NCBI RefSeq assembly: GCF_048403405.1
Contig: NZ_CP183129.1
DNA length: 64,000 nt
Strand: one strand, 5' to 3'
From: Escherichia coli
Lineage (GTDB): Bacteria > Pseudomonadota > Gammaproteobacteria > Enterobacterales > Enterobacteriaceae
The notes beneath the pieces are model-generated. The model saw nothing but the letters and a program-made list of their open reading frames with translations, was not told the DNA's origin and did not search any database. Below, piece after piece: positions 47,117-58,050 of the stretch (positions within the stretch are counted from its first letter, which is position 1; the number at the start of each line of letters is the position of its first letter). Both the position numbers and the translations under genes were made by a program.

Positions 47117-49165
47117 ATGAACATGTTTTTTAGGCTTACCGCGTTAGCTGGCCTGCTTGCAATAGCAGGCCAGACCTTCGCTGTAGAAGATATCACGCGT
47201 GCTGATCAAATTCCGGTATTAAAGGAAGAGACGCAGCATGCGACGGTGAGTGAGCGCGTAACGTCGCGCTTCACCCGTTCTCATTATCGCCAGTTCGACC
47301 TCGATCAGGCATTTTCGGCCAAAATCTTTGACCGCTACCTGAATCTGCTCGATTACAGCCACAACGTGCTGCTGGCAAGTGATGTTGAACAGTTCGCGAA
47401 AAAGAAAACCGAGTTAGGCGATGAACTGCGTTCAGGAAAACTCGACGTTTTCTACGATCTCTACAATCTGGCGCAAAAGCGTCGTTTTGAACGTTACCAG
47501 TACGCTTTGTCGGTACTGGAAAAGCCGATGGATTTCACCGGCAACGACACTTATAACCTTGACCGCAGCAAAGCGCCCTGGCCGAAAAACGAGGCTGAGT
47601 TGAACGCGCTGTGGGACAGTAAAGTCAAATTCGACGAGTTAAGCCTGAAGCTGGCAGGAAAAACGGATAAAGAAATTCGTGAAACCCTGACTCGCCGCTA
47701 CAAATTTGCCATTCGTCGTCTGGCGCAAACCAACAGCGAAGATGTTTTCTCGCTGGCAATGACGGCGTTTGCGCGTGAAATCGACCCGCATACCAACTAT
47801 CTTTCCCCGCGTAATACCGAACAGTTCAACACTGAAATGAGTTTGTCGCTGGAAGGTATTGGCGCAGTGCTGCAAATGGATGATGACTACACCGTTATCA
47901 ATTCGATGGTGGCAGGTGGTCCGGCAGCGAAGAGTAAAGCTATCAGCGTTGGTGACAAAATTGTCGGTGTTGGTCAAACAGGCAAGCCGATGGTTGACGT
48001 GATTGGCTGGCGTCTTGATGATGTGGTTGCCTTAATTAAAGGGCCGAAGGGCAGTAAAGTTCGTCTGGAAATTTTACCTGCTGGTAAAGGGACCAAGACC
48101 CGTACTGTAACGTTGACCCGTGAACGTATTCGCCTCGAAGACCGTGCGGTTAAAATGTCGGTGAAGACCGTCGGTAAAGAGAAAGTCGGCGTGCTGGATA
48201 TTCCAGGTTTCTATGTGGGTTTGACAGACGATGTCAAAGTGCAGTTGCAGAAACTGGAAAAACAGAATGTCAGCAGTGTCATCATCGACCTGCGTAGCAA
48301 TGGCGGTGGGGCGTTGACCGAAGCGGTATCGCTCTCCGGTCTGTTCATTCCATCCGGTCCGATTGTTCAGGTCCGTGATAACAACGGTAAAGTTCGTGAA
48401 GACAGCGATACTGATGGGCAGGTTTTCTATAAAGGCCCGCTGGTGGTGCTGGTTGACCGCTTCAGTGCTTCGGCTTCAGAAATCTTTGCCGCGGCAATGC
48501 AGGATTACGGTCGTGCGCTGGTTGTGGGTGAACCGACGTTTGGTAAAGGCACCGTTCAGCAATACCGTTCATTGAACCGTATTTACGATCAGATGTTACG
48601 TCCTGAATGGCCAGCGCTGGGTTCTGTGCAGTACACGATCCAGAAATTCTATCGCGTTAACGGCGGCAGTACGCAACGTAAAGGCGTAACGCCAGACATC
48701 ATCATGCCGACGGGTAATGAAGAAACGGAAACGGGTGAGAAATTCGAAGATAACGCGCTGCCGTGGGATAGCATCGATGCCGCGACCTATGTGAAATCGG
48801 GAGATTTGACGGCCTTTGGACCGGAGCTGCTGAAGGAACATAATGCGCGTATCGCGAAAGATCCAGAGTTTCAGAACATCATGAAGGATATCGCGCGCTT
48901 CAACGCTATGAAGGACAAGCGCAATATCGTTTCTCTGAATTACGCTGTGCGTGAGAAAGAGAATAATGAAGATGATGCGACGCGTCTGGCGCGTTTGAAC
49001 GAACGCTTTAAGCGCGAAGGTAAACCAGAGTTGAAGAAACTGGATGATCTACCGAAAGATTACCAGGAGCCGGATCCTTATCTGGATGAGACGGTGAATA
49101 TCGCACTCGATCTGGCAAAGCTTGAAAAAGCCAGACCCGCGGAACAACCCGCTCCCGTCAAGTAA
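47117..49165 (+). CDS. prc: Tail-specific (C-terminal processing) protease
   Basis: 682 aa from MNMFFRLTALAGLLAIAGQTFA (signal peptide); overlaps proQ end. Confidence 0.9.
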   Translation: MNMFFRLTALAGLLAIAGQTFAVEDITRADQIPVLKEETQHATVSERVTSRFTRSHYRQFDLDQAFSAKIFDRYLNLLDYSHNVLLASDVEQFAKKKTELGDELRSGKLDVFYDLYNLAQKRRFERYQYALSVLEKPMDFTGNDTYNLDRSKAPWPKNEAELNALWDSKVKFDELSLKLAGKTDKEIRETLTRRYKFAIRRLAQTNSEDVFSLAMTAFAREIDPHTNYLSPRNTEQFNTEMSLSLEGIGAVLQMDDDYTVINSMVAGGPAAKSKAISVGDKIVGVGQTGKPMVDVIGWRLDDVVALIKGPKGSKVRLEILPAGKGTKTRTVTLTRERIRLEDRAVKMSVKTVGKEKVGVLDIPGFYVGLTDDVKVQLQKLEKQNVSSVIIDLRSNGGGALTEAVSLSGLFIPSGPIVQVRDNNGKVREDSDTDGQVFYKGPLVVLVDRFSASASEIFAAAMQDYGRALVVGEPTFGKGTVQQYRSLNRIYDQMLRPEWPALGSVQYTIQKFYRVNGGSTQRKGVTPDIIMPTGNEETETGEKFEDNALPWDSIDAATYVKSGDLTAFGPELLKEHNARIAKDPEFQNIMKDIARFNAMKDKRNIVSLNYAVREKENNEDDATRLARLNERFKREGKPELKKLDDLPKDYQEPDPYLDETVNIALDLAKLEKARPAEQPAPVK

Positions 49166-49169
49166 TATC

Positions 49170-49201
49170 AATCAGGCACAAGAAATTGTGCCTGATTTTT
49201 T
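49170..49201 (+). terminator. Intrinsic terminator after prc
   Basis: AATCAGGCACA-N6-TGTGCCTGATT followed by TTTTTT. Confidence 0.65.
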
Positions 49202-49356
49202 AACAGCGGCAAGATGCCGTAAATCAGATGCTACAAAATGTAAAGTTGTGTCTTTCTGGTGACTTACGCACTATCCAGACTTGAAAATAGTCGCGTAACC
49301 CATACGATGTGGGTATCGCATATTGCGTTTTGTTAAACTGAGGTAAAAAGAAAATT

Positions 49357-50238
49357 ATGATGCGAATCGCGCTCTTCCTGCTAACGAACCTGGCCGTAAT
49401 GGTCGTTTTCGGGCTGGTACTGAGCCTGACAGGGATACAGTCGAGCAGCGTTCAGGGGCTGATGATCATGGCCTTGCTGTTCGGTTTTGGTGGTTCCTTC
49501 GTTTCGCTTCTGATGTCCAAATGGATGGCATTACGATCTGTTGGCGGGGAAGTGATCGAGCAACCGCGTAACGAAAGGGAACGTTGGCTGGTCAATATTG
49601 TAGCAACCCAGGCTCGTCAGGCGGGGATCGCTATGCCGCAAGTGGCTATCTACCATGCGCCGGACATCAACGCTTTTGCAACCGGTGCGCGCCGTGATGC
49701 CTCTCTGGTTGCTGTCAGCACCGGTTTGCTGCAGAACATGAGCCCGGATGAAGCCGAGGCGGTAATTGCTCATGAAATCAGCCACATCGCCAATGGTGAT
49801 ATGGTCACCATGACGCTGATTCAGGGCGTGGTGAACACCTTCGTTATCTTTATTTCCCGTATTCTGGCGCAGCTTGCCGCGGGTTTTATGGGCGGAAATC
49901 GTGATGAAGGTGAAGAGAGCAACGGCAACCCGCTGATCTACTTTGCGGTTGCAACGGTTCTGGAACTGGTGTTTGGTATTTTGGCGAGCATTATCACCAT
50001 GTGGTTCTCGCGTCATCGTGAATTCCACGCTGATGCCGGTTCGGCAAAACTGGTTGGTCGCGAGAAAATGATTGCCGCGCTGCAGCGCCTGAAAACCAGC
50101 TATGAACCGCAAGAAGCAACCAGCATGATGGCTTTCTGTATTAACGGTAAGTCGAAATCGCTCAGTGAGTTGTTCATGACTCACCCGCCGCTGGATAAAC
50201 GTATTGAAGCTCTGCGTACGGGTGAATACCTGAAGTAA
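49357..50238 (+). CDS. htpX: Membrane zinc metalloprotease HtpX (M48)
   Basis: 293 aa; HEISH zinc motif. Confidence 0.95.
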   Translation: MMRIALFLLTNLAVMVVFGLVLSLTGIQSSSVQGLMIMALLFGFGGSFVSLLMSKWMALRSVGGEVIEQPRNERERWLVNIVATQARQAGIAMPQVAIYHAPDINAFATGARRDASLVAVSTGLLQNMSPDEAEAVIAHEISHIANGDMVTMTLIQGVVNTFVIFISRILAQLAAGFMGGNRDEGEESNGNPLIYFAVATVLELVFGILASIITMWFSRHREFHADAGSAKLVGREKMIAALQRLKTSYEPQEATSMMAFCINGKSKSLSELFMTHPPLDKRIEALRTGEYLK

Positions 50239-50251
50239 TATGAAGTAAATA

Positions 50252-50286
50252 CTAAAAAGCGCGTCCTGAACGACGCGCTTTTTTTA
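50252..50286. terminator. Bidirectional terminator between htpX and yebQ
   Basis: AAGCGCGTC-N5-GACGCGCTT flanked by A-run and T-run; T-run overlaps yebQ stop. Confidence 0.6.
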
Positions 50287-51657
50287 TGCCCTGGCTCGTG
50301 GCTGAGTGATACGTAAACCACTGACACAGGCAGCAATTACTGCCAGAATAGCCGCAGCCATCAGCGAGACGTGCGTACCATTATCACCAAACTGATTTAG
50401 CATCAGCGCCACCAGCGCCGCGCCACTACTCTGACCCAATAGACGAGCCGTCCCTAACATGCCACTGGCCCCACCGCTACGTTCGCGCGGAGCGGAGGTT
50501 ATAATGGTGTGGTTATTGGGTGACTGGAATAAGCCAAATCCAGCGCCACATAAGATCATCGGCCAGATAATATTGATATCCGCAGGTGACGCGGGCAGCA
50601 GAACCAGGGAAAAAAGCCCCGCAGCCATGATGAACAACCCTAAAGCCCCCAGCAATCCTGCATGTACGCGTTCAATCAAATAGCCTGCCAGCGGAGCCAT
50701 CACCATCGTTGCTAACGGCCACGGTGTCAGAAGTAAACCTGTTTCGACTTCACTACGCCCGAGCACGGTTTGCAGGTAAAAGGGCAGGGAAACCATTGCC
50801 AGCATTTGTGCGCAGAAAGAGCAAACAGATGTGCAAATAGAAAGTGAAAACAGCGGGATACGCAGTAAATCCACCGGTAGCAGCGATACGGGAAGAGAAA
50901 GCTGGCGGCGAATAAAGAAAATACCAACGACAACCATTACCACCAGTTCCGCACCAATCAATGTCAGCGATTGCCCCTGAGCGAAACCACTCAACGCAGT
51001 GATAAGCAGGCCGAAGGTTAACGCGTTCATCACGGCGCTGGGCAGGTCGAAACGGGGTTTACTGGCGCGAGAACCATTGGGTGGCAGAAAACGCATTGCC
51101 AGAAGCAGGGCGATAATACCCAACGGTACGTTGATTAAAAATAACCATTTCCAGGATGCGATGGAGAGGATTGCTGCAGCAATTGTCGGCCCGGCAGCAG
51201 AAGAAACGGCAACAATAAACGAGTTTATGCCCATCCCTCTACCCAGAAAACGTTGTGGATAGATCAGGCGGATAAGTGCGGTATTAACGCTCATCAACGC
51301 TGCACCGCCGAAACCTTGTATGACACGCGCAAGGGTGAGCATTTGCAGCGAATCAGAAAGGGCGCAGAACAGTGAAGACAACAGAAAAACGACCAGACCG
51401 CATTTATAAATACGTCGATAGCCAAACATATCGCCCAGAAACGAAAATGAGAGCAGGGAGATGACAATGGCGATTTGATAGGCGTTCACTACCCAGATGG
51501 AACTGGCTGGCGTGGCATGAAGGTCCGTGGCGATTGTTGGCAGGGCGACGTTGGCGATTGCGCCGTCAAGGACAGCCATCGAAATACCAATCACAATGGT
51601 TAATATCGCACCGTATCGCTGGGGCAATGGCAGGCCGTCGGCCTGAACTTTTGGCAT
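50284..51657 (-). CDS. yebQ: MFS transporter YebQ
   Basis: 457 aa from MPKVQADGLPLPQRYGAILTIV; 14-TM MFS-like (track ORF extends to 51768). Confidence 0.85.
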   Translation of the reverse strand: MPKVQADGLPLPQRYGAILTIVIGISMAVLDGAIANVALPTIATDLHATPASSIWVVNAYQIAIVISLLSFSFLGDMFGYRRIYKCGLVVFLLSSLFCALSDSLQMLTLARVIQGFGGAALMSVNTALIRLIYPQRFLGRGMGINSFIVAVSSAAGPTIAAAILSIASWKWLFLINVPLGIIALLLAMRFLPPNGSRASKPRFDLPSAVMNALTFGLLITALSGFAQGQSLTLIGAELVVMVVVGIFFIRRQLSLPVSLLPVDLLRIPLFSLSICTSVCSFCAQMLAMVSLPFYLQTVLGRSEVETGLLLTPWPLATMVMAPLAGYLIERVHAGLLGALGLFIMAAGLFSLVLLPASPADINIIWPMILCGAGFGLFQSPNNHTIITSAPRERSGGASGMLGTARLLGQSSGAALVALMLNQFGDNGTHVSLMAAAILAVIAACVSGLRITQPRARA

Positions 51658-51833
51658 AGGAATTTTATATCTTTGGTGAATAATCAACAGGGGTATGATT
51701 CTAGCACTGATATTCACGGTGGATGTCGCAGAATTGTAACTAACCGGCAAAAGATGGATTGCGACCACCCTGGTGCGAAATTATAATAAAAAACAGTTCT
51801 GATTTTTATAAAACACTCGCAATGAGGTGATAA

Positions 51834-52625
51834 ATGGCTAACGCAGATCTGGATAAACAGCCTGATTCTGTATCTTCCGTGCTGAAAGTTTTTGGCATTT
51901 TGCAGGCGCTGGGTGAAGAGCGCGAAATAGGGATAACCGAGCTGTCGCAGCGCGTCATGATGTCAAAAAGCACCGTTTATCGCTTTTTACAGACCATGAA
52001 AACCTTAGGTTATGTGGCGCAGGAAGGGGAGTCGGAGAAATATTCCCTGACCCTGAAATTGTTTGAACTGGGCGCTCGCGCGTTACAAAACGTCGATTTA
52101 ATTCGTAGCGCAGATATCCAGATGCGTGAGATTTCCCGCCTGACCAAAGAAACTATCCACCTCGGCGCACTGGACGAAGACAGTATTGTTTACATTCACA
52201 AAATTGACTCTATGTACAATTTGCGCATGTATTCACGGATTGGGCGTCGTAATCCGCTGTACAGCACCGCAATTGGTAAGGTACTGCTGGCATGGCGCGA
52301 TCGCGATGAAGTGAAGCAAATTCTTGAGGGCGTGGAGTATAAACGCAGTACCGAACGGACCATCACCAGTACAGAATCGTTATTACCCGTTCTGGACCAG
52401 GTGCGCGAGCAGGGGTATGGCGAAGATAACGAAGAGCAGGAAGAAGGACTGCGTTGCATTGCGGTTCCGGTATTTGATCGTTTTGGCGTGGTCATTGCCG
52501 GTCTGAGCATCTCCTTCCCGACGTTGCGTTTCTCCGAAGAGCGTTTACAGGAATATGTCGCAATGTTGCATACCGCGGCGCGCAAAATTTCTGCCCAAAT
52601 GGGTTATCACGACTATCCATTCTGA
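51834..52625 (+). CDS. kdgR: IclR-family regulator KdgR
   Basis: 263 aa; HTH then IclR effector domain. Confidence 0.9.
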   Translation: MANADLDKQPDSVSSVLKVFGILQALGEEREIGITELSQRVMMSKSTVYRFLQTMKTLGYVAQEGESEKYSLTLKLFELGARALQNVDLIRSADIQMREISRLTKETIHLGALDEDSIVYIHKIDSMYNLRMYSRIGRRNPLYSTAIGKVLLAWRDRDEVKQILEGVEYKRSTERTITSTESLLPVLDQVREQGYGEDNEEQEEGLRCIAVPVFDRFGVVIAGLSISFPTLRFSEERLQEYVAMLHTAARKISAQMGYHDYPF

Positions 52626-52633
52626 TGAGAGTA

Positions 52634-52673
52634 AGAACCTGTCTGAATATCAAACAGACAGGTTCTTTATTTA
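52634..52673 (+). terminator. Intrinsic terminator after kdgR
   Basis: AGAACCTGTCTG-N9-CAGACAGGTTCT followed by a T-run. Confidence 0.65.
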
Positions 52674-52768
52674 GCATGAGAAAAATAAAGTTGAAGGTGG
52701 CGTTATATTAAACGCACTTGCGATAAGAATATTTTACTCATGAGTGAGAATCTGGTTATTTATTACCC

Positions 52769-53008
52769 TTAACCATTATCGACCACAATATTGCTTTTAC
52801 GTAACAACGGGCAATCTGTTATCCCCAGAAAACCACTTTTAGTGTGCAGGTATTGTACCGTGCTGGTGCCTCTGGCGGTCAGATAGGTACATTGCAAACC
52901 TAATCCCGCGGCATTCTCTTTGCTTCCAATCAAAACGCCATATCCGCTGAGTAATAATCCTATCCATACCAGTGCTATCAGCATAACTGTGCGAATGATG
53001 AATCGCAT
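52769..53008 (-). CDS. yobH: Small membrane protein YobH
   Basis: 79 aa with N-terminal TM helix. Confidence 0.75.
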   Translation of the reverse strand: MRFIIRTVMLIALVWIGLLLSGYGVLIGSKENAAGLGLQCTYLTARGTSTVQYLHTKSGFLGITDCPLLRKSNIVVDNG

Positions 53009-53166
53009 TACAACCTCTTCTCTTTTTATGTTCGCTTAATCGTAGCGGCAATATGCGCTGAAGCAAGCGACTCATTCTGAAAAAGCACGAATATCGACAT
53101 AGTTAGGCGCTGTTTAACTAACGCATGCTAGTTTAATGACATAAGGTAGGTGAAACGGAGATTGGA

Positions 53167-53310
53167 GTGAAAAAGTTTCGATGGGTCGTTCTGGTTGTCG
53201 TGGTGTTGGCTTGCTTGCTGCTTTGGGCGCAGGTATTCAACATGATGTGCGATCAGGATGTACAATTTTTCAGCGGAATTTGTGCCATTAACCAGTTTAT
53301 CCCGTGGTGA
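53167..53310 (+). CDS. mgrB: PhoQ-inhibiting small membrane protein MgrB
   Basis: 47 codons from GTG ([47 protein letters not shown]); below the ORF-track length threshold. Confidence 0.85.
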
Positions 53311-53384
53311 TATCATTTTTTCAGCACTAGATTTTCTTCCTCTCCAGCAGTGGTAGAATAGCGCCTCTACTCAGAGGTGGTGAA

Positions 53385-53672
53385 ATGAACGAAGTTGTAA
53401 ATTCAGGCGTGATGAACATTGCGTCTTTGGTTGTATCGGTGGTGGTTCTTCTTATCGGGCTCATCTTGTGGTTTTTTATCAATCGTGCCAGTTCACGGAC
53501 TAACGAACAGATTGAACTGCTTGAGGCGTTGCTGGATCAGCAAAAACGTCAAAATGCTCTGTTACGTCGTTTGTGCGAAGCAAACGAACCTGAGAAAGCA
53601 GATAAAAAGACCGTTGAGAGTCAAAAATCGGTTGAAGACGAAGATATTATTCGTCTGGTCGCCGAACGATAA
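53385..53672 (+). CDS. yebO: Small membrane protein YebO
   Basis: 95 aa; N-terminal TM helix. Confidence 0.8.
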   Translation: MNEVVNSGVMNIASLVVSVVVLLIGLILWFFINRASSRTNEQIELLEALLDQQKRQNALLRRLCEANEPEKADKKTVESQKSVEDEDIIRLVAER

Positions 53673-54341
53673 TCCTTCCTCAATCTTGAGTAACCCCGTC
53701 GTTGAAGGGTTACTCAATTCATCCTGATTATACGCACTGCCATGGTGCAACTGCTTCAAATTAAAACTCTGGTCTGACTTCAAATAATTATCATATTATT
53801 TATTTGCGTAACGGGATATCAGAAAAAGATATTTAGCCCATTAATTTATTAGGATGTTTACATCGGATTTGTGATTAAGTGTGGTATTATTTATTAGCGA
53901 AACGTTTCTCTCTTGATTTTTTTGCGCATTCATCAATTTTTCTTATTTTAAATTTACAATACCTTTGGCGATTGACTTCTCTTTGGGGTGATCGATAGCC
54001 GTTAACTGACTGTTTTATGAGAAAAAGTGATATAACTTTTTATTCATTGCATAGCAGAAAATGTGATATTGCACGCACTATGTAATAACTTCTCCCACTG
54101 GCCTGGAACAACTGAACTTATTGAACTATGTTAGAAAATACGTCAGTTTAAGTATCTGCCTGAACTGGCAAGGTTAAGCACAATGATATATCGGCGCGTA
54201 TTCCGTTGCATAAGTGTGCAAAAAAAGTGGAAGACGTATCGAGATTTGTGCGTCTGATCGAGACATGTTTAAAAATGGCTTGCCATAATTAACGTTGTAT
54301 GTGATAACAGATTTCGGGTTAAACGAGGTACAGTTCTGTTT

Positions 54342-54485
54342 ATGTGTGGCATTTTCAGTAAAGAAGTCCTGAGTAAACACGTTGACGTTGAATACCGCTT
54401 CTCTGCCGAGCCTTATATTGGTGCCTCATGCAGTAATGTGTCAGTTTTATCTATGTTATGCCTGCGGGCGAAGAAAACAATCTAA
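54342..54485 (+). CDS. yobF: Small protein YobF (upstream of cspC)
   Basis: 47 codons ([33 protein letters not shown]...); read manually, not in ORF track. Confidence 0.75.
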
Positions 54486-54497
54486 GGAATTTTTCAA

Positions 54498-54707
54498 ATG
54501 GCAAAGATTAAAGGTCAGGTTAAGTGGTTCAACGAGTCTAAAGGTTTTGGCTTCATTACTCCGGCTGATGGCAGCAAAGACGTGTTCGTACACTTCTCTG
54601 CTATCCAGGGTAATGGTTTCAAAACTCTGGCTGAAGGTCAGAACGTTGAGTTCGAAATTCAGGACGGTCAGAAAGGTCCGGCAGCTGTTAACGTAACAGC
54701 TATCTGA
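54498..54707 (+). CDS. cspC: Cold-shock-domain protein CspC
   Basis: 69 aa; RNP1-like KGFGFI and VFVHF. Confidence 0.95.
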
Positions 54708-54753
54708 TCGAATCCACTGATCTGAAGTGTGAATACGCTTCAATCTCGCTATA

Positions 54754-54780
54754 AAGCCTCGTCGAATGCGAGGCTTTTTA
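54754..54780 (+). terminator. Intrinsic terminator after cspC
   Basis: GCCTCG-N6-GCGAGGC followed by TTTTT. Confidence 0.65.
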
Positions 54781-54872
54781 CTTTGCTTTATCTTCGCTCC
54801 AGTCGTTCGGATATTTGCCCGCCGCGTGATTCGCGTTACACTTGCGGCCTTTAGTATCCTGCCGGAGTTGTC

Positions 54873-55682
54873 ATGTCGTTTTCCTGTCCACTTTGCCATC
54901 AGCCTCTTTCGCGTGAAAAAAACAGCTATATCTGTCCCCAGCGACATCAGTTTGATATGGCGAAAGAAGGGTATGTCAATCTGCTGCCCGTTCAGCATAA
55001 ACGGTCTCGTGATCCGGGCGACAGCGCGGAAATGATGCAAGCACGCCGCGCATTCTTAGATGCCGGACATTATCAGCCGCTGCGTGATGCAATTGTCGCC
55101 CAACTGCGGGAACGGCTTGATGAAAAGGCCACAGCGGTGCTGGATATTGGCTGTGGTGAAGGGTATTACACACACGCATTTGCCGATGCGCTGCCCGAAA
55201 TCACCACGTTTGGCCTGGATGTCTCGAAGGTAGCGATAAAAGCGGCGGCGAAACGCTATCCGCAGGTCACTTTTTGTGTTGCTTCCAGCCACCGTTTGCC
55301 GTTTTCCGATACCAGTATGGACGCCATAATACGTATTTACGCGCCGTGTAAAGCAGAAGAATTAGCGCGAGTAGTGAAGCCTGGCGGTTGGGTCATTACT
55401 GCCACGCCGGGACCGCGACATTTGATGGAGCTGAAGGGGCTGATTTACAATGAAGTACATCTTCATGCACCTCATGCAGAACAACTGGAAGGTTTTACAT
55501 TACAGCAGAGTGCTGAGTTGTGTTATCCGATGCGTCTTCGCAGTGACGAAGCCGTCGCATTATTGCAGATGACGCCGTTTGCCTGGCGTGCGAAGTCAGA
55601 AGTCTGGCAAACACTGGCAGCAAAAGAAGTGTTCGACTGCCAGACGGACTTTAATATTCACCTCTGGCAGCGTTCTTATTAA
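54873..55682 (+). CDS. rlmA: 23S rRNA m1G745 methyltransferase
   Basis: 269 aa; N-terminal Cys4 zinc motif (CPLC..CPQRH), SAM motif [10 protein letters not shown]. Confidence 0.9.
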
Positions 55683-56245
55683 CCGTGGAAGTGCGTCCAG
55701 AGGATCTGGACGCCGATGCCGATCAGCACCAGCCCGCCGAGAATTTCCGCTTTTTTCCCAATAATTGAGCCGATAAAGCGACCAACCATCATCCCTAATG
55801 TCGACATAATCAAGGTTGCACAACCAATGGCCAATGCGGTCGCGATAATGTTGACCTGCAGGAAAGCAAGACCAACACCCACAGCCATGGCATCCAGGCT
55901 GGTGGCAATCGCGGTGGTTACCAGTAGCCAGAAACCGTGTCGACGGCGCGGCTCTTCATCTTCATCATCTGCGCCACGAAAACCCTCAATAATCATTCGC
56001 CCGCCGAGGAATATCAGCAGCACAAACGCAATCCAGTGGTTCCATTCAAGGACAAACCGGCTGGCTAACATGCCCATTCCCCAGCCGATCAGCGGCGTCA
56101 GGGTTTCGACAGCACCAAAAATAAGGCCGGTTCGCAACGCTTCAGAAAATTTCGGTTTATGGAGGGTGGCACCTTTACCGATTGATGCAGCAAATGCATC
56201 CATCGACATACCAAACGCAAGAAGAACAGTAGCAGTGATATTCAT
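55679..56245 (-). CDS. mntP: Manganese efflux pump MntP
   Basis: 188 aa from [25 protein letters not shown] (track ORF extends to 56299). Confidence 0.9.
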
Positions 56246-56470
56246 GACAACGTCCTGACCGGGGTATCCATAAAACACATCATCGCCCCCAGCAAACATG
56301 CATACATGAACGACAAACCGCGATGGTTTTCGCGTTCATGCAGGCATAGCGATTGATGTGCATATGGTCTCGCCTGACTGAAAGTGTTCAGTCCGTACGT
56401 GCCACGTTTTGCAACGAGTATGTTGACACGTACATTTCCGGAATCTGGAAATCGGCTACTCCCCAAATGA
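56246..56470 (-). promoter_or_regulatory. Probable yybP-ykoY (Mn2+) riboswitch in the mntP leader (boundaries approximate)
   Basis: Long leader on the mntP strand containing GGGGAGUAG and ..CAUACUCGUUGCAAAACGUGGCACGUACGGACUGA..; the E. coli mntP leader is an established Mn riboswitch. Confidence 0.5.
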
Positions 56471-56673
56471 GGGCGCAACCTTAACATATTTTGAGAATAT
56501 AAAACAACTGTTGGAATATATTATTTCATTGCTTTATTGATAACGATTTTCATTTAGATTTATATATCAATAAAACGTTAAAATAAATAACAAATAAGGG
56601 AAGGGGTAATATAGCCTAAGCTATGTCTGATTATTAAAAATACACTAAACATAGCTTTGGCTAAATTGATAAC

Positions 56674-57132
56674 TTATTGAGTTGAAACGAGAAGCTTATA
56701 AATTTTTTCCAGATCGTCGATATTTCGAACGCGGATTAACAGCCGACGCTGTTCTAATTGCATCACCAACACGCCATCTTCCGACAAGTTCATCGCTTTG
56801 ATTCGGCTATATTCAATCCAGACATTGGCGAAGAAAAAACCTTTTTGTTTAAAGATGATCTTCGGAACGCGGATCCAGAATATATAAAAACCCATCAGAG
56901 CCAGTGCACTTAATAACCATGTTGTTATTAGCGCGCCATGATTCGTGACGTTGTTATAGATAAGAATGACAATCAATCCGACGAAGATAACGCTATCGAT
57001 GCGACCACGCCGGAGCAAAGGAATTGCCAGCAGGGTGGGGCCGTTACGGCGGGGCATGATGAACTGATCGTAGATCGCGAAGGCCAGGAGTGCGGCGATG
57101 AAAAGAATCAGTACCAGGTCCGTGATTGTCAT
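56674..57132 (-). CDS. yobD: Inner-membrane protein YobD (DUF986)
   Basis: 152 aa; K-12 synteny. Confidence 0.85.
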
Positions 57133-57186
57133 TAATCCTCCAGATAAAAAAACGGGGCCAAAAGGCCCCGGTAGTGTACAACAGTC

Positions 57187-58047
57187 TTACAGTCCCAGCA
57201 GGCCGCAAGCGTAACCAGCGATACCGATGACGAAGAAGCCAACGATGATCCACAGCGGGTTAACTTTTTTGCGCAGTAGCCACATACAAGCAAAGGTCAG
57301 CAGCAGTGGTACCAGGCCTGGCATTAACTGGTCCAGAATAGTCTGGACAGTGGTAACGTGTTCTTTGCCCGTCTGGTCAGTAATGCGAGAGACAACCAGC
57401 GGGATGTTGACATGCGTCCACTTGTTAACTAATGCCCCCATGACAAACAGGCCGAGGATAGACGCCCCTTCCGTCAGTTTTTGCAGGAAACCACCACCCA
57501 TATCTTTAACGATATCGATACCTTTGGAGTAACCATACGCTACGCCGTAGTAACGGGTTGCCAGACGCACCAGGTTAAACAAGATGAAGAACAGCAGCGG
57601 ACCTAACAGGCTGCCGCTCATTGCGATACCGGCACCCAGCGCTGCAAATACCGGTCGTACGGTTCCCCAGAAGATCGGGTCGCCTACACCAGCCAGCGGC
57701 CCCATCAAACCGACTTTGATACCGTTGATAGCACCGTCATCGATCTCTGCGCCATTAGCACGCTGTTCTTCCAGCGCCAGGGTTACGCCGAGAATCGGCG
57801 CAGCCACGAACGGCTGGGTGTTAAAGAACTCCAGGTGACGGCGAATAGCTTGTTTACGAGCTTCGTTGTTCTCAGGGTAGAGGCGACGAATTGCCGGTAC
57901 CATAGAGAAGCAGAAACCCAGTGCCTGCATACGTTCGAAGTTCCATGAACCCTGGAAGAGGTTAGAACGCAGGAAGACGCCACGAATATCACTTTGAGTG
58001 AGTTTTTTCTCGGTGGTAGTTTGAGTTGTATCAACCATTTCGCTCAC
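57187..58047 (-). CDS. manZ: PTS mannose transporter subunit IID
   Basis: 286 aa. Confidence 0.9.
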   Translation of the reverse strand: MSEMVDTTQTTTEKKLTQSDIRGVFLRSNLFQGSWNFERMQALGFCFSMVPAIRRLYPENNEARKQAIRRHLEFFNTQPFVAAPILGVTLALEEQRANGAEIDDGAINGIKVGLMGPLAGVGDPIFWGTVRPVFAALGAGIAMSGSLLGPLLFFILFNLVRLATRYYGVAYGYSKGIDIVKDMGGGFLQKLTEGASILGLFVMGALVNKWTHVNIPLVVSRITDQTGKEHVTTVQTILDQLMPGLVPLLLTFACMWLLRKKVNPLWIIVGFFVIGIAGYACGLLGL

Positions 58048-58050
58048 CTG

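Noticed and set aside
53105-53166. PhoP box upstream of mgrB
   Set aside because: Two GTTTAA hexamers are present, but their spacing (~21 bp) does not fit the canonical 5-bp-spaced direct repeat as I read it; left unannotated.
55716-56258. 180-aa plus-strand ORF antisense to mntP
   Set aside because: Embedded in the mntP frame; Pro/Arg/Ser-rich low-complexity translation.
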